Source: Candidatus Omnitrophota bacterium (GTDB lineage: Bacteria; Acidobacteriota; Aminicenantia; UBA2199). From it: a stretch of DNA of 64,000 bases. A program made the translations under genes and the position numbers. Below are positions 1-9,400 of this stretch, in pieces (the stretch's first letter is position 1; each line of letters opens with the position of its first letter). The stretch is taken from contig JBLMYT010000061.1 in assembly GCA_050258455.1 (NCBI GenBank), positions 41,049 through 105,048 of the forward strand. Reading direction: 5' to 3'. The notes under the pieces are model-generated. The model saw only the letters and a program-made list of their open reading frames with translations, was not told the origin of the DNA and made no database searches.

Positions 1-3000
1 CGTCCTCCGTGCGCTCCGTGAGAAACTCAAATCTTGCTTATATCCTCTACACATCCGGTTCCACCGGGAAACCCAAAGGTGTCATGATCCAACATTCCAA
101 CGTCCTCCGACTGGTCATCCATCCCAATTACATCGAATGGAACCCCAATCACCGGCTCCTCCTCAGCGGAAACATCGTGTTCGATATCACGACCTTTGAA
201 ATCTGGGGACCTCTCCTCAATGGATTAAACCTCTTTTTAACCCATTCCGATACCTTCCTCGACAGCGAAAAACTCAAAACCTTCTTATTTCAGCACGCGA
301 TTAATATCCTCCACCTGGTCCCGGAACTCTTCAACCGCCTGGCCACATCATCCTTAGGATGCGCCATCTTCTCCGGTCTCGATTACTTCCTCATTGGCGG
401 CGATCGCGTCAATCCTCAATACGTGAATCTACTGAGAAACGAATGCCAAAAACTGAAAATCCTCCACATGTACGGTCCCACCGAAAATACCACATTCTCC
501 TCTTTCCACCCGGTTGAACACGCCTACCACACTGCTATTCCCATCGGAAAACCTTTAAACAATACATCCATCTATATTATCGATCAATCCGATCAACTCG
601 TTCCCCCCGGAATCATCGGCGAACTCTGCGTCAGCGGAGACGGCATCGCGTTAGGCTACTTAAATAATCCCGAAATGACGGCTGAAAGATATTGCCTCCG
701 GCGGCCAGGAACCTTTTTGAAAAAAGGTTCCTGGACCTCCAAAAACTTTTGGTTTGGGGAAAGAGGTTTTGAAAGAGTTTATAAGACCGGGGATTTAGCC
801 CGCTGGCTGGAGAATGGGGATGTGGAATTCCTGGGCCGAATCGATAAGCAACTCAAAATCCGCGGCCAACGCATCGAACCCGGCGAAATTGAGAACAGTT
901 TATTGAGACATCCCGAAATCAAAGAAGCCGCGATCATCATCCGAGAAAAAGGCGGCGAATCCTACCTGTGCGCGTATGTGATTTCCCACGATCCTGCCCA
1001 TGATCAAAATTCAAGAGAAATGAAAGAAAGAGAATTGAGAGCGTATCTTTCCTCTTTCCTCCCGGATTACATGGTGCCGTCTTATTTTATCTTCATCGAT
1101 CACATGCCACTAACTCCGAATGGGAAAATCGACCGAAATGCCCTGCCTTCTCCGGAAACCATGCCCGAGGAGACCTACACCGCGCCACGCGACAAGATCG
1201 AAACCCAACTGGCCCAATTATGGAAAGACGTATTAGGCTCCTCGCACGCCATCGGTATCGATGATAATTTCTTCCAACTGGGCGGCCACTCCCTCAAAGC
1301 CGCGATCCTCGTTTCCAAAATCCACAAAGAATTAAATGTCAAATTCCCCCTGGTAGAGATATTTAAGCACCCGTCTGTCAGAGACCTCTCCGCCTATATC
1401 AAACAGACCAAAGGTTCAACGTTTTCAAGCATCGAACCGACCGAAGAAAAAGAATATTATGCACTGTCGTCTGCCCAAAAACGGATGTTCGTCCTCAGCC
1501 AAATGGATGCCACCGGCACTACGTATAACATGCCCATGATTCTACCCCTGCAAAAAGAAAACGGAGAACATGTCGATAAAAATAAACTGGAAAACGCATT
1601 CAACGCATTAATTGCTCGACACGAAAGCTTGAGAACTTCGTTTCATACCATTCACGATGTACCGGTTCAAATCATTCACGAAAACGTGGATTTTGAGATC
1701 GATTATTATGATGTGTCTCTCACGGAGGGCACGGAGGACACGGGGCGCATGTCATCTCTCACGGGGCACACGGAGGACACGGAGCACACGGGGGCTATCG
1801 TCAAACGATTTATCCGACCATTCGATCTTTCAAACGCACCGCTTATCCGGTCCGGGTTAATCCATTTGCCGGATCAACCTCATGATATCTGGATGATCGA
1901 CCTTCATCACATCATATCGGACGGAACCTCGCATAATGTGTTGAGAACAGATTTTATAACCTTGCTCAACGGAGAGAAACCGGATCCCTTACGCCTTCAA
2001 TACAAAGATTTCGCCGAATGGCAAAACGCGTTAATTCAGAAGGGAGAATTAAACGCGCAGGAAAACTATTGGTTGGATCTATATTCGGATGCGTCTCAGC
2101 TCCAGGCATTGGAGCTTCCGACCGATTTTAAACGACCCGATGTATTTACCTTTGAAGGCGATAATCTGAGCTTCATGCTGGATCGTGAAGATGCCGGCAA
2201 ATTAAGAGATCTGGCATTCAAAAATGGCGGAACCTTATTCATGACGCTTTTATCCGTCTTTAATGTTCTTTTTTATAAGTACAGCGGTCAGGAAGATATT
2301 GTCATCGGTGCAGGCATATCGGGCCGCACGCATCATGATGTGCAGAACATTATCGGCATGTTTGTGAATACCCTGGCGACGCGAAACCACCCGCGCAAGA
2401 ATACGCCATACGAAACATTTTTAAAAGACGTGGTTGCCCGAACGTTTGACGCTTTTGAAAATCAGGATGTCCAGTTCGATGCATTGGTTGAGAAACTTGA
2501 CCTGGAACGCAACCCGTCGCGAAATCCGTTATTCGATGTGCTCATTGTCTTGCAAAATTTCGAAAAGGATTTCACCCATAATTCCATGGTCAAAAACAAT
2601 GATGATGATGATAATAATAATGATGATAGTGATAATTATAGAAATAACGTTTCCCGGTTTGATTTGACATTTTCCATTTATGAACCGGGAGAGGATATTT
2701 ACATCAATATTGAGTATTACACGGGTGTTTTCAAACGAGAAACCATTCTTCGTATGGTTTCCCATTTCCAAACGCTGACAAGAAATATATGCCAAAATCC
2801 CCATGCGCAATTAAAAGATTTCGATATCATGACCGAAGAGGAAAAGAATCATATCCTCTTTGATTTTAATGATACGGCATCGGAATATCCGGCGCATCGA
2901 ACCATTCATGAATTATTTGAGGATCAGGTACTCCGGTCTCCGGATCATCTTGCTCTTATCGGTTTGACTTCTGTAGGGGCGCTTCGAGAAGCGCCCATAC

Positions 3001-6000
3001 AAATGTCCTATGCGGAACTCAACAACCAATCGAATGCCCTGGCCGAAACGTTGAAAGAAAAAGGCGCTGTTTCCGGTGATATTATTGCGATTAAAATGGA
3101 ACGGTCGATCGATATGATTGTGGCATTACTCGGAATACTAAAAGCCGGGTGTGCGTATCTGCCGATTGAGGTGGGTTATCCGCAGGAACGCATCGATTAC
3201 ATGTTAAAGGATAGTAATGCTAAATTGTTATTAGCCACAGAGGACACGGAGGACACAGAGGTTTTTTCAGAACAGATGGAATTGGGGCGGATACACGGTG
3301 TTGATCTATACCGTAGGGGCGCACCCGTGTGTGCGCCCGATGCAATTTCGGTACGCGACGAATTGGGGCGTATACATGAGGTTGATTTATACCGTAGGGG
3401 CGCACCCGTGTGTGCGCCCGATGCAATTTCGGTACGCGACGAATTGGGGCAGATACATGGTGTTGATTTATATCGTAGGGGCGCACCCGTGTGTGCGCCC
3501 GGGCAGACACATGGGTCTGCCCCTACAATGAATTTTTCAAAAAATCATTCAAAATCTCCCTCCTCTGTGTCCTCTGTGACCTCTGTGGCTAAAAACTTAG
3601 ATCTTGCCTACATTATCTATACATCCGGTTCAACGGGAAAACCCAAAGGTGTCTTAACCATGCATCACAATGTCACGCGTGTTGTAAAGAATACCAATTA
3701 TATCGACATCAAACCCGACGATCGTATCCTTCAATTATCCAATGTTGCGTTTGACGGATCGGTATTTGATATTTTCGGCGCGCTTCTCAATGGTGCGGCA
3801 TTGGTGATGATGGGAACCGGCGGAATCGAAGTCGATCATTTAGCCGATCGAATTAAACGAGAGCAGGTCACGGTATTTTTTACCACCACTGCGTTATTTA
3901 ATACCATCGTGGATGTGCGTATCGATAGTTTGAAACACATTCGAAACGTGTTATTTGGTGGTGAGCGGGTATCGGTCGGGCATACGCGCCGGGCATTGGA
4001 CTATATGGGAAAAGGAAAGATCATCCACATGTATGGACCCACAGAAACAACGGTTTATGCGTCTTATTATGTTATCGATGAAATTGAAAACCAAGCGATC
4101 ACCATACCCATTGGGAAACCGCTTTCCAATACCTCGATTTACATCCTGGATCAAAGCATGAACCCCTTACCGGTGGGTGTTCAGGGAGAAATTTATATCG
4201 GAGGAAAAGGAAACGCTCGCGGGTATTTGAACAATCCAGAGTTAACAAGCGATACTTTTTTAAATACACCATTTAAAATAACCCAAACCAAAAGTTTTTG
4301 CCCCGCTTTTTACAAAAAGCGGGCCGCCGGAGGCATATTATACAAAAGTGGTGACCTGGCAAGATGGTTGCCGGATGGCAACATTGAATTTTTGGGGCGG
4401 GTGGATCATCAGGTGAAGATACGGGGTTTTCGAATCGAATTGGGAGAGATTGAAAGTCGATTGATTCAGCATGACGAAATTCATGAAGCCATTGTGATGG
4501 CGCGGGAGGACAAACGCGGCGATAAATATTTAGCCGGGTATTTTGTTTCGGACCGGGTGTTTGATTCCGAAGACATTCACCAATTAAAAGAGTACTTATT
4601 GTTAGAACTGCCGGAGTTTATGGTTCCGTCGTATTTGGTTCAGGTGGAACACATGCCCTTGAACTCGAGTGGCAAAATCGATTGGCGGAAGTTACCGGAT
4701 CCGCGCATCATGGGTGAGAACCTGAATGAGGAGCATCATGTCGGACCGAGAAATTCGATTGAACACCAATTGGTGAACATATGGGCGGAACTTTTGGACT
4801 GTGACCCGGAGCGAATCGGTATCGATTCGGACTTTTTTGCGTTGGGTGGGCAGTCACTCAAGGCTACGGTATTGATTTCCAGGATTCACCATGTTTTTGA
4901 CACGCGTTTAACATTGGCGCAAGTGTTTACGTCGCCTACGATTCGGTCGATTGCCGGGTTTATTCATGAATCGGAAAAAGAGAGATATGAGTCGATCGAA
5001 AAAACCGAAGAAAAAGAGTACTATGAACTTTCGGCGTCGCAGAAAGGGTTGTATATCATGTATCAGCTCGATCCCATGAGTTTGGCGTACAACATGCCGT
5101 TTTTCTTTCCGCTTGAAGACCATGCGGACATGAAGAAGATCGAGGATACGGTTCAGGCGTTGATCGACCGTCATGAAGCGTTCCGAACATCGTTTGTGAT
5201 GGTGAACGGGGAACCGAAACAGAAGATACACGAAAGCGTTGATTTTAAATTGGAAGTGGCGGAATGCAGCCGGGAAGAACTGGAAACGCCGGCGATGTTC
5301 AAACGTTCGTTTGATTTGGCAAAAGCCCCTCTCATTCGAGCGTCGGTGTTAAGATGTGAAGAGACGTTTTATTTCTTTGTGGACATGCATCACATTATTT
5401 CGGATGGTATTTCTCAGGAGATATTAAAGCATGAGTTTATGGTTTTATATGACGGAAAGTCTTTACCGACTCTCCATCTTGAATATAAGGATTATTCCGA
5501 ATGGCAGAACCGTACGTTATCCGATAAGGGAAGTTCGATTCAGCAACAGGAAGCGTTCTGGCTCAACGAGTTTAGCGATGGTGTGCCGGTATTGGCGTTC
5601 CCGTTGGATTTTCCCCGGCCGTTGGTTAAGAATTTCGCCGGTGAGATGATCCGATTTACCGTTAATGAAGTATTAAGTCAAAAAGTGAAAGTATTGGCTG
5701 TTGAGACCGGGAGTACGTTAAACTTTCTGTTATTCTCGATTTATTCCATATTGATCTCGCGGTATGCCAACCAGGATGATATTGTCATTGGTTCGCCGGT
5801 ATTTGGAAGAAAACATGGCGATTTGCAAAACGTCATCGGACTATTCGTGAATATGCTGGCGCTTCGCACCCAACCGGTTGGAGATATCACGTATCGAGAA
5901 TTTTTGCATCAGGTCAAAGAGAAGCTTGTCCTTGCCATGGAAAATCAGGAATATCATTTTGGATTATTGGCTTCCAAATTGGGGGTTCAGGGAAGTGCCG

Positions 6001-6374
6001 GGCGAAACCCGTTATTTGATTTTGTTTTCATGTTGGGGGATATGGACAGCGGTCAAACAGGAAAAGCAAAAACGCAGATCGTCAAACACGATTCTCCAGA
6101 CATGGACGAGAATGCATCCGATTCAGTGGATAGTATTCCGTTTGATATGATTTTGACGGCAATGGAAGCCGGGGATACGATTCAGATGCTATTGCGTTAT
6201 TCATCGGAGTTATTCAAACGATCAACCATCGAACTCTTTGGGGAACGTTATTTGGAAATATTGGAAACGGTCATTTCCAATCCCGGTATCCTGTTAAACG
6301 ATGTGGTTCTCTCGCACCGTTTACTGTCTGTGGAAGTGACCAATGATAAGAATGAAGGAGATTTCGGTTTTTAA
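1..6374 (+). CDS. Non-ribosomal peptide synthetase, 5'-truncated by window edge; domain order (A)-T-C-A-T-C
   Basis: Frame is open from nt 3. A motifs: LAYILYTSGSTGKPKG, YKTGDLARW, KIRGQRIEPGEIE, NGKIDR, with a second set LAYIIYTSGSTGKPKG..NSSGKIDW. T motifs: FFQLGGHSLKA and FFALGGQSLKA. C motifs: RHESLRTSF/HHIISDGTS and RHEAFRTSF/MHHIISDGIS. Ends in a C domain; no TE or R domain. Confidence 0.95.
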   Translation, partial: SSVRSVRNSNLAYILYTSGSTGKPKGVMIQHSNVLRLVIHPNYIEWNPNHRLLLSGNIVFDITTFEIWGPLLNGLNLFLTHSDTFLDSEKLKTFLFQHAINILHLVPELFNRLATSSLGCAIFSGLDYFLIGGDRVNPQYVNLLRNECQKLKILHMYGPTENTTFSSFHPVEHAYHTAIPIGKPLNNTSIYIIDQSDQLVPPGIIGELCVSGDGIALGYLNNPEMTAERYCLRRPGTFLKKGSWTSKNFWFGERGFERVYKTGDLARWLENGDVEFLGRIDKQLKIRGQRIEPGEIENSLLRHPEIKEAAIIIREKGGESYLCAYVISHDPAHDQNSREMKERELRAYLSSFLPDYMVPSYFIFIDHMPLTPNGKIDRNALPSPETMPEETYTAPRDKIETQLAQLWKDVLGSSHAIGIDDNFFQLGGHSLKAAILVSKIHKELNVKFPLVEIFKHPSVRDLSAYIKQTKGSTFSSIEPTEEKEYYALSSAQKRMFVLSQMDATGTTYNMPMILPLQKENGEHVDKNKLENAFNALIARHESLRTSFHTIHDVPVQIIHENVDFEIDYYDVSLTEGTEDTGRMSSLTGHTEDTEHTGAIVKRFIRPFDLSNAPLIRSGLIHLPDQPHDIWMIDLHHIISDGTSHNVLRTDFITLLNGEKPDPLRLQYKDFAEWQNALIQKGELNAQENYWLDLYSDASQLQALELPTDFKRPDVFTFEGDNLSFMLDREDAGKLRDLAFKNGGTLFMTLLSVFNVLFYKYSGQEDIVIGAGISGRTHHDVQNIIGMFVNTLATRNHPRKNTPYETFLKDVVARTFDAFENQDVQFDALVEKLDLERNPSRNPLFDVLIVLQNFEKDFTHNSMVKNNDDDDNNNDDSDNYRNNVSRFDLTFSIYEPGEDIYINIEYYTGVFKRETILRMVSHFQTLTRNICQNPHAQLKDFDIMTEEEKNHILFDFNDTASEYPAHRTIHELFEDQVLRSPDHLALIGLTSVGALREAPIQMSYAELNNQSNALAETLKEKGAVSGDIIAIKMERSIDMIVALLGILKAGCAYLPIEVGYPQERIDYMLKDSNAKLLLATEDTEDTEVFSEQMELGRIHGVDLYRRGAPVCAPDAISVRDELGRIHEVDLYRRGAPVCAPDAISVRDELGQIHGVDLYRRGAPVCAPGQTHGSAPTMNFSKNHSKSPSSVSSVTSVAKNLDLAYIIYTSGSTGKPKGVLTMHHNVTRVVKNTNYIDIKPDDRILQLSNVAFDGSVFDIFGALLNGAALVMMGTGGIEVDHLADRIKREQVTVFFTTTALFNTIVDVRIDSLKHIRNVLFGGERVSVGHTRRALDYMGKGKIIHMYGPTETTVYASYYVIDEIENQAITIPIGKPLSNTSIYILDQSMNPLPVGVQGEIYIGGKGNARGYLNNPELTSDTFLNTPFKITQTKSFCPAFYKKRAAGGILYKSGDLARWLPDGNIEFLGRVDHQVKIRGFRIELGEIESRLIQHDEIHEAIVMAREDKRGDKYLAGYFVSDRVFDSEDIHQLKEYLLLELPEFMVPSYLVQVEHMPLNSSGKIDWRKLPDPRIMGENLNEEHHVGPRNSIEHQLVNIWAELLDCDPERIGIDSDFFALGGQSLKATVLISRIHHVFDTRLTLAQVFTSPTIRSIAGFIHESEKERYESIEKTEEKEYYELSASQKGLYIMYQLDPMSLAYNMPFFFPLEDHADMKKIEDTVQALIDRHEAFRTSFVMVNGEPKQKIHESVDFKLEVAECSREELETPAMFKRSFDLAKAPLIRASVLRCEETFYFFVDMHHIISDGISQEILKHEFMVLYDGKSLPTLHLEYKDYSEWQNRTLSDKGSSIQQQEAFWLNEFSDGVPVLAFPLDFPRPLVKNFAGEMIRFTVNEVLSQKVKVLAVETGSTLNFLLFSIYSILISRYANQDDIVIGSPVFGRKHGDLQNVIGLFVNMLALRTQPVGDITYREFLHQVKEKLVLAMENQEYHFGLLASKLGVQGSAGRNPLFDFVFMLGDMDSGQTGKAKTQIVKHDSPDMDENASDSVDSIPFDMILTAMEAGDTIQMLLRYSSELFKRSTIELFGERYLEILETVISNPGILLNDVVLSHRLLSVEVTNDKNEGDFGF
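695..750 (+). repeat. Hairpin element in A6-A7 loop (inverted orientation relative to the other three copies), translated in frame
   Basis: Perfect palindrome CCAGGAACCTTTTT-GA-AAAAAGGTTCCTGG at 705-734, flanked by CCTCCGGCGG and CAAAAACTTTT. The reverse complement aligns with copies at 4290, 20508 and 23883. Confidence 0.8.
1716..1792 (+). repeat. CACGGAGGA-type 9-mer array inside the C domain, in frame (LTEGTEDTG..LTGHTEDTEHTG)
   Basis: tctctcacggagggcacggaggacacgggg is followed 9 nt later by tctctcacggggcacacggaggacacggagcacacgggg. The same 9-mer forms the arms of the A2-A3 insertions. Confidence 0.7.
2977..2996. repeat. GGGCGCTTC-GA-GAAGCGCCC palindrome in the N-terminal A-domain region, in frame (VGALREAP)
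   Basis: Perfect 9-bp arms, followed by ATACAAA. Same hairpin + (C)TACAA flank family as 19270, 19306, 10603 and 14092. Confidence 0.8.
3233..3590 (+). repeat. MITE-like insertion bounded by ~29-bp imperfect inverted repeats, in frame between A2 and A3 motifs
   Basis: Left arm agccacagaggacacggaggacacagagg (3233-3261). Right arm cctctgtgtcctctgtgacctctgtggct (3562-3590). 27/29 match as reverse complements. Arms translate as TEDTEDTE and SSVSSVTSV. Confidence 0.7.
3279..3500 (+). repeat. 81-bp tandem repeat, ~2.7 copies, each carrying hairpin GGGCGCAC-CCGTGT-GTGCGCCC
   Basis: Units start at 3279, 3360 and 3441 and encode ELGRIHGVDLYRRGAPVCAPDAISVRD. The third unit runs into hairpin GGGCAGAC-ACATGG-GTCTGCCC (3501-3522). 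Confidence 0.85.
4290..4333 (+). repeat. Hairpin element in A6-A7 loop, in frame (KSFCPAFYKKRAAGG)
   Basis: AAAAGTTTTTG, then palindrome CCCGCTTTTT-AC-AAAAAGCGGG (4302-4323), then CCGCCGGAGG. Confidence 0.8.
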
Positions 6375-6406
6375 TCTCGTATGGCGTTACGTGTACTTAA
6401 CTCCGA

Positions 6407-9400
6407 CTATCTGTTTTGGCTACCGGAAATGGATATTCTATGGCAGTATTGTTTCATGATTTTAAGACCTTTTTCGGTCCAGTCGCTTTCTTGTTCCAGG
6501 TTTTCAAAGGAACATCCCTGAATCAATAGGCCCGGCACATTAATTATTTTCAATTCCGAAATACTCATATCGTTCGGTTCGTATACGGGGAAGTTTAGGG
6601 CATATTCTATTATATTAGTTCTTATGCATTTTCCAGTTTCCGCGTCCCATTCTTTGATGGTGTAATCACAGGAAGTTGAAAGGATGCGTTTCTCATCCAC
6701 ACGGTACACCGCGCTCCATACGTAATCTTCATGCCCGGTAATGGTCTTGATGCATTGGCCAGTTTCCGCATCCCACTCTTTGATGGTGCGGTCATGCGAA
6801 GCCGAAAGGATGCGTTTTCCATCGGCCCGGTACACCGCACTGTTTACCGCACCTTCATGCTCGGTAAGGGTCTTGACGCATTGCCCTGTTTCCGCGTCCC
6901 ACTCCTTGATGGTGCGGTCATGCGAAGCCGAAAGGATGCGTTTCCCATCCGAACGGTACACCGCATTAACTACTGCACTCGTATGCCCTGAAAGGGTTTT
7001 GAGGCATTGCCCGGTTTTCGCGTCCCACTCTTTGATGGTGTGATCATCCGAAGCCGTAAGGATGCGTTTTCCATCGGCGCGGTAAAACGCACTTCTTACA
7101 CCCCCCTCATACCCGAAAATGATCTTGATGCATTGCCCTGTTTCCGCGTCCCACTCCTTGAGGGTATGATCGCTGTAAGTGGAAATGATGTGTTTCCCAT
7201 CCTCACTATACTTCGCGCTTATTATATCACTTTTATGCCCTGAAAAGGTCTTGATGCATTGTCCGGTATCCGCGTCCCACTCTTTGATGGTGTGATCATC
7301 CGAAGCCGAAAGGATGCGTTTCCCATCAGAACGGTACACCATACTGGTTACTCTTTCTGCATACCCTGAAAAGGTCTTGATGCATTGTCCGGTTTCTGCA
7401 TCCCACTCTTTGATAGTGCGATCCGCAGAAGCCGAAAGGATGCGTTTCCCATCCGCACGATATACCGCGCTGTTTACTTCACCTTCATGCCCGGTAAGGG
7501 TCTTGATGCATTGCCCTGTTTCCGCGTCCCACTCTTTGATGGTGTGATCCGAGGAAGCCGAAAGGATGCGTTTGCCATCGGCACGGTACACCACGCTCCA
7601 TATAATATCGTCATGCCCGGAAATTGTCTTGATGCATTGCCCTGTTTCCGCGTCCCACTCTTTGATGATGCCATCCCGGAAAGCCGAAAGAATGCGTTTC
7701 CCATTCGAACTGTATACTGCACTGATTACCACATCGTCATGCCCGGAAAGGGTTTTGAGGCATTGCCCCGTTTCTGCATCCCACTCTTTGATGGTGCAAT
7801 CCGAAGCCGAAAGAATGCGTTTGCCATCGGCATGGTACACCACGCTCCATATAATATCGTCATGCCCGGAAATTGTCTTGATGCATTGCCCGGTTTCCGC
7901 GTCCCACTCTTTGATGATGCCATCCCGGAAAGCCGAAAGAATGCGTTTCCCATCGGCACGGTACACCACGCTATCTGCAGGTAAAAAATGCCCGTAAAGG
8001 GTCTTGTTGCATTGTCCTGTTTCCGCGTCCCATTCGTTGATGCCATCCCTCGAAGTCGAAAGGATGCGTTTCCCATCCGAACGATAGACCGCGCTTCTTA
8101 CCCAACCCTTATGCCCTGAAATTGTCTTGATGCATTGTCCGGTTTCCGCATCCCACTCTTTGATGGTGTGATCATCCGAAGCCGAAAGGATGCGTTTCCC
8201 ATCGGAACTGTATACCGCGCTTTTTACCCCCCCCTTATGCCCCTGGGGCAGCACATTCTTCTCATGCACCCGTGACCCTTCAAAATTTGCCGCTAAAAGA
8301 TACTGGTTATAATAATAACAACTGCATGTTACCCCATTCAACGATACTTCGGATAAATCAAGCCTCGTTAAATCCGCACCGGTTAATTCTGCTCGCACCA
8401 ATTTCCATATCTCCACTATATTCCATACGGCATAACCGATAGGATTCTCAGCCCCATTGAATTTACCCCGACATAAATCCAATGCCTGATGCAAAAAACT
8501 TTCTCTATTTATGTCAATCTTCCACCCCTCTCCTTCAACGATGTATGGCTTGACCCGGTGCTCCCCTTCAAACTCACCCATAAACCGGCGTACAAAATAA
8601 TCCAATACCCGCTCTTTCAATACGGAAGGTATCTCCCCCTTCTTGACACTCATCTCGACCTCATTCAGTACATGAACAGCGGCAAAAAAGTCACGGAAGT
8701 TCTGATGCAAAAACCGGTACATGCCTCTTTCTTCCACCAACATGGACATTTCCTGAATTAGGATCCCCCGAATTTTTGTATTTCTTTTCTTTATTTGCTT
8801 AAAATCCTTTAATTCTTCTACAGGAAGCACTTCAATAAATTTTTCATATTCGATAAATGTATCAAAAAAATCATTGTAAGAAAACCGAACGCAAAGCGCA
8901 TCGATATGCTGATCGAGTTGTTCTTTAGTAAACGCAAACAAACCGGCTTTCTCCATTTCATATCCCAACCCGGGCAGTAAAAATATTAAGAGAAATTTGT
9001 AATACGCAATCTGCTTTTCATCTTGACCCAACTTGTCCCGCCATACGGCCACCTGCGCTTGCATAAAGTTCCATAACAATTCACCGGGAGTTTCAACATC
9101 AGGTTTGAAATCACATCCCGGCGTATGCTGGTGGTTTTCCTGGATTTCGCATGACGCGGTATACAAGGTTAACATCATGGGGTTGCGGATTAAATTCTTT
9201 AATTCCGTTCCTTCCGGTAGGTTTTTTCTTATTTTTTTTAGATATTCAGCGATTTGGTGGTCTTCCAGCGGTTTCAACATCAACCCGCCCCAATGAATGA
9301 ATCCCCATTCTTTCCGGATGTCCCATCGGCCGGTAATCACAATCTGTACTCCCGGGTATTGTTCGGCAATGGTCTTGATTTCCAGAACCAATTGATTGTC

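Noticed and set aside
2580-2650. Asp/Asn-rich low-complexity tract (NNDDDDNNNDDSDNYRNN) in the first complete C domain
   Set aside because: It sits in a loop that is also variable and acidic in the other C domains. It has a simple GAT/AAT codon-run origin, with no palindromes or shared flanks linking it to the repeat families.
3220-3531. ORFs 3220-3510 (-) and 3298-3531 (+) inside the NRPS A-domain insertion
   Set aside because: The palindromic 81-bp repeats keep several frames open. The NRPS frame reads through uninterrupted, and there are no start or RBS signals for independent genes.
6622-8076. Many 70-200 aa ORFs on both strands inside the WD40 region
   Set aside because: They are shadow or antisense ORFs generated by the repetitive WD40-coding DNA. 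The minus-strand 1375-aa ORF with NACHT and WD40 motifs explains the region.
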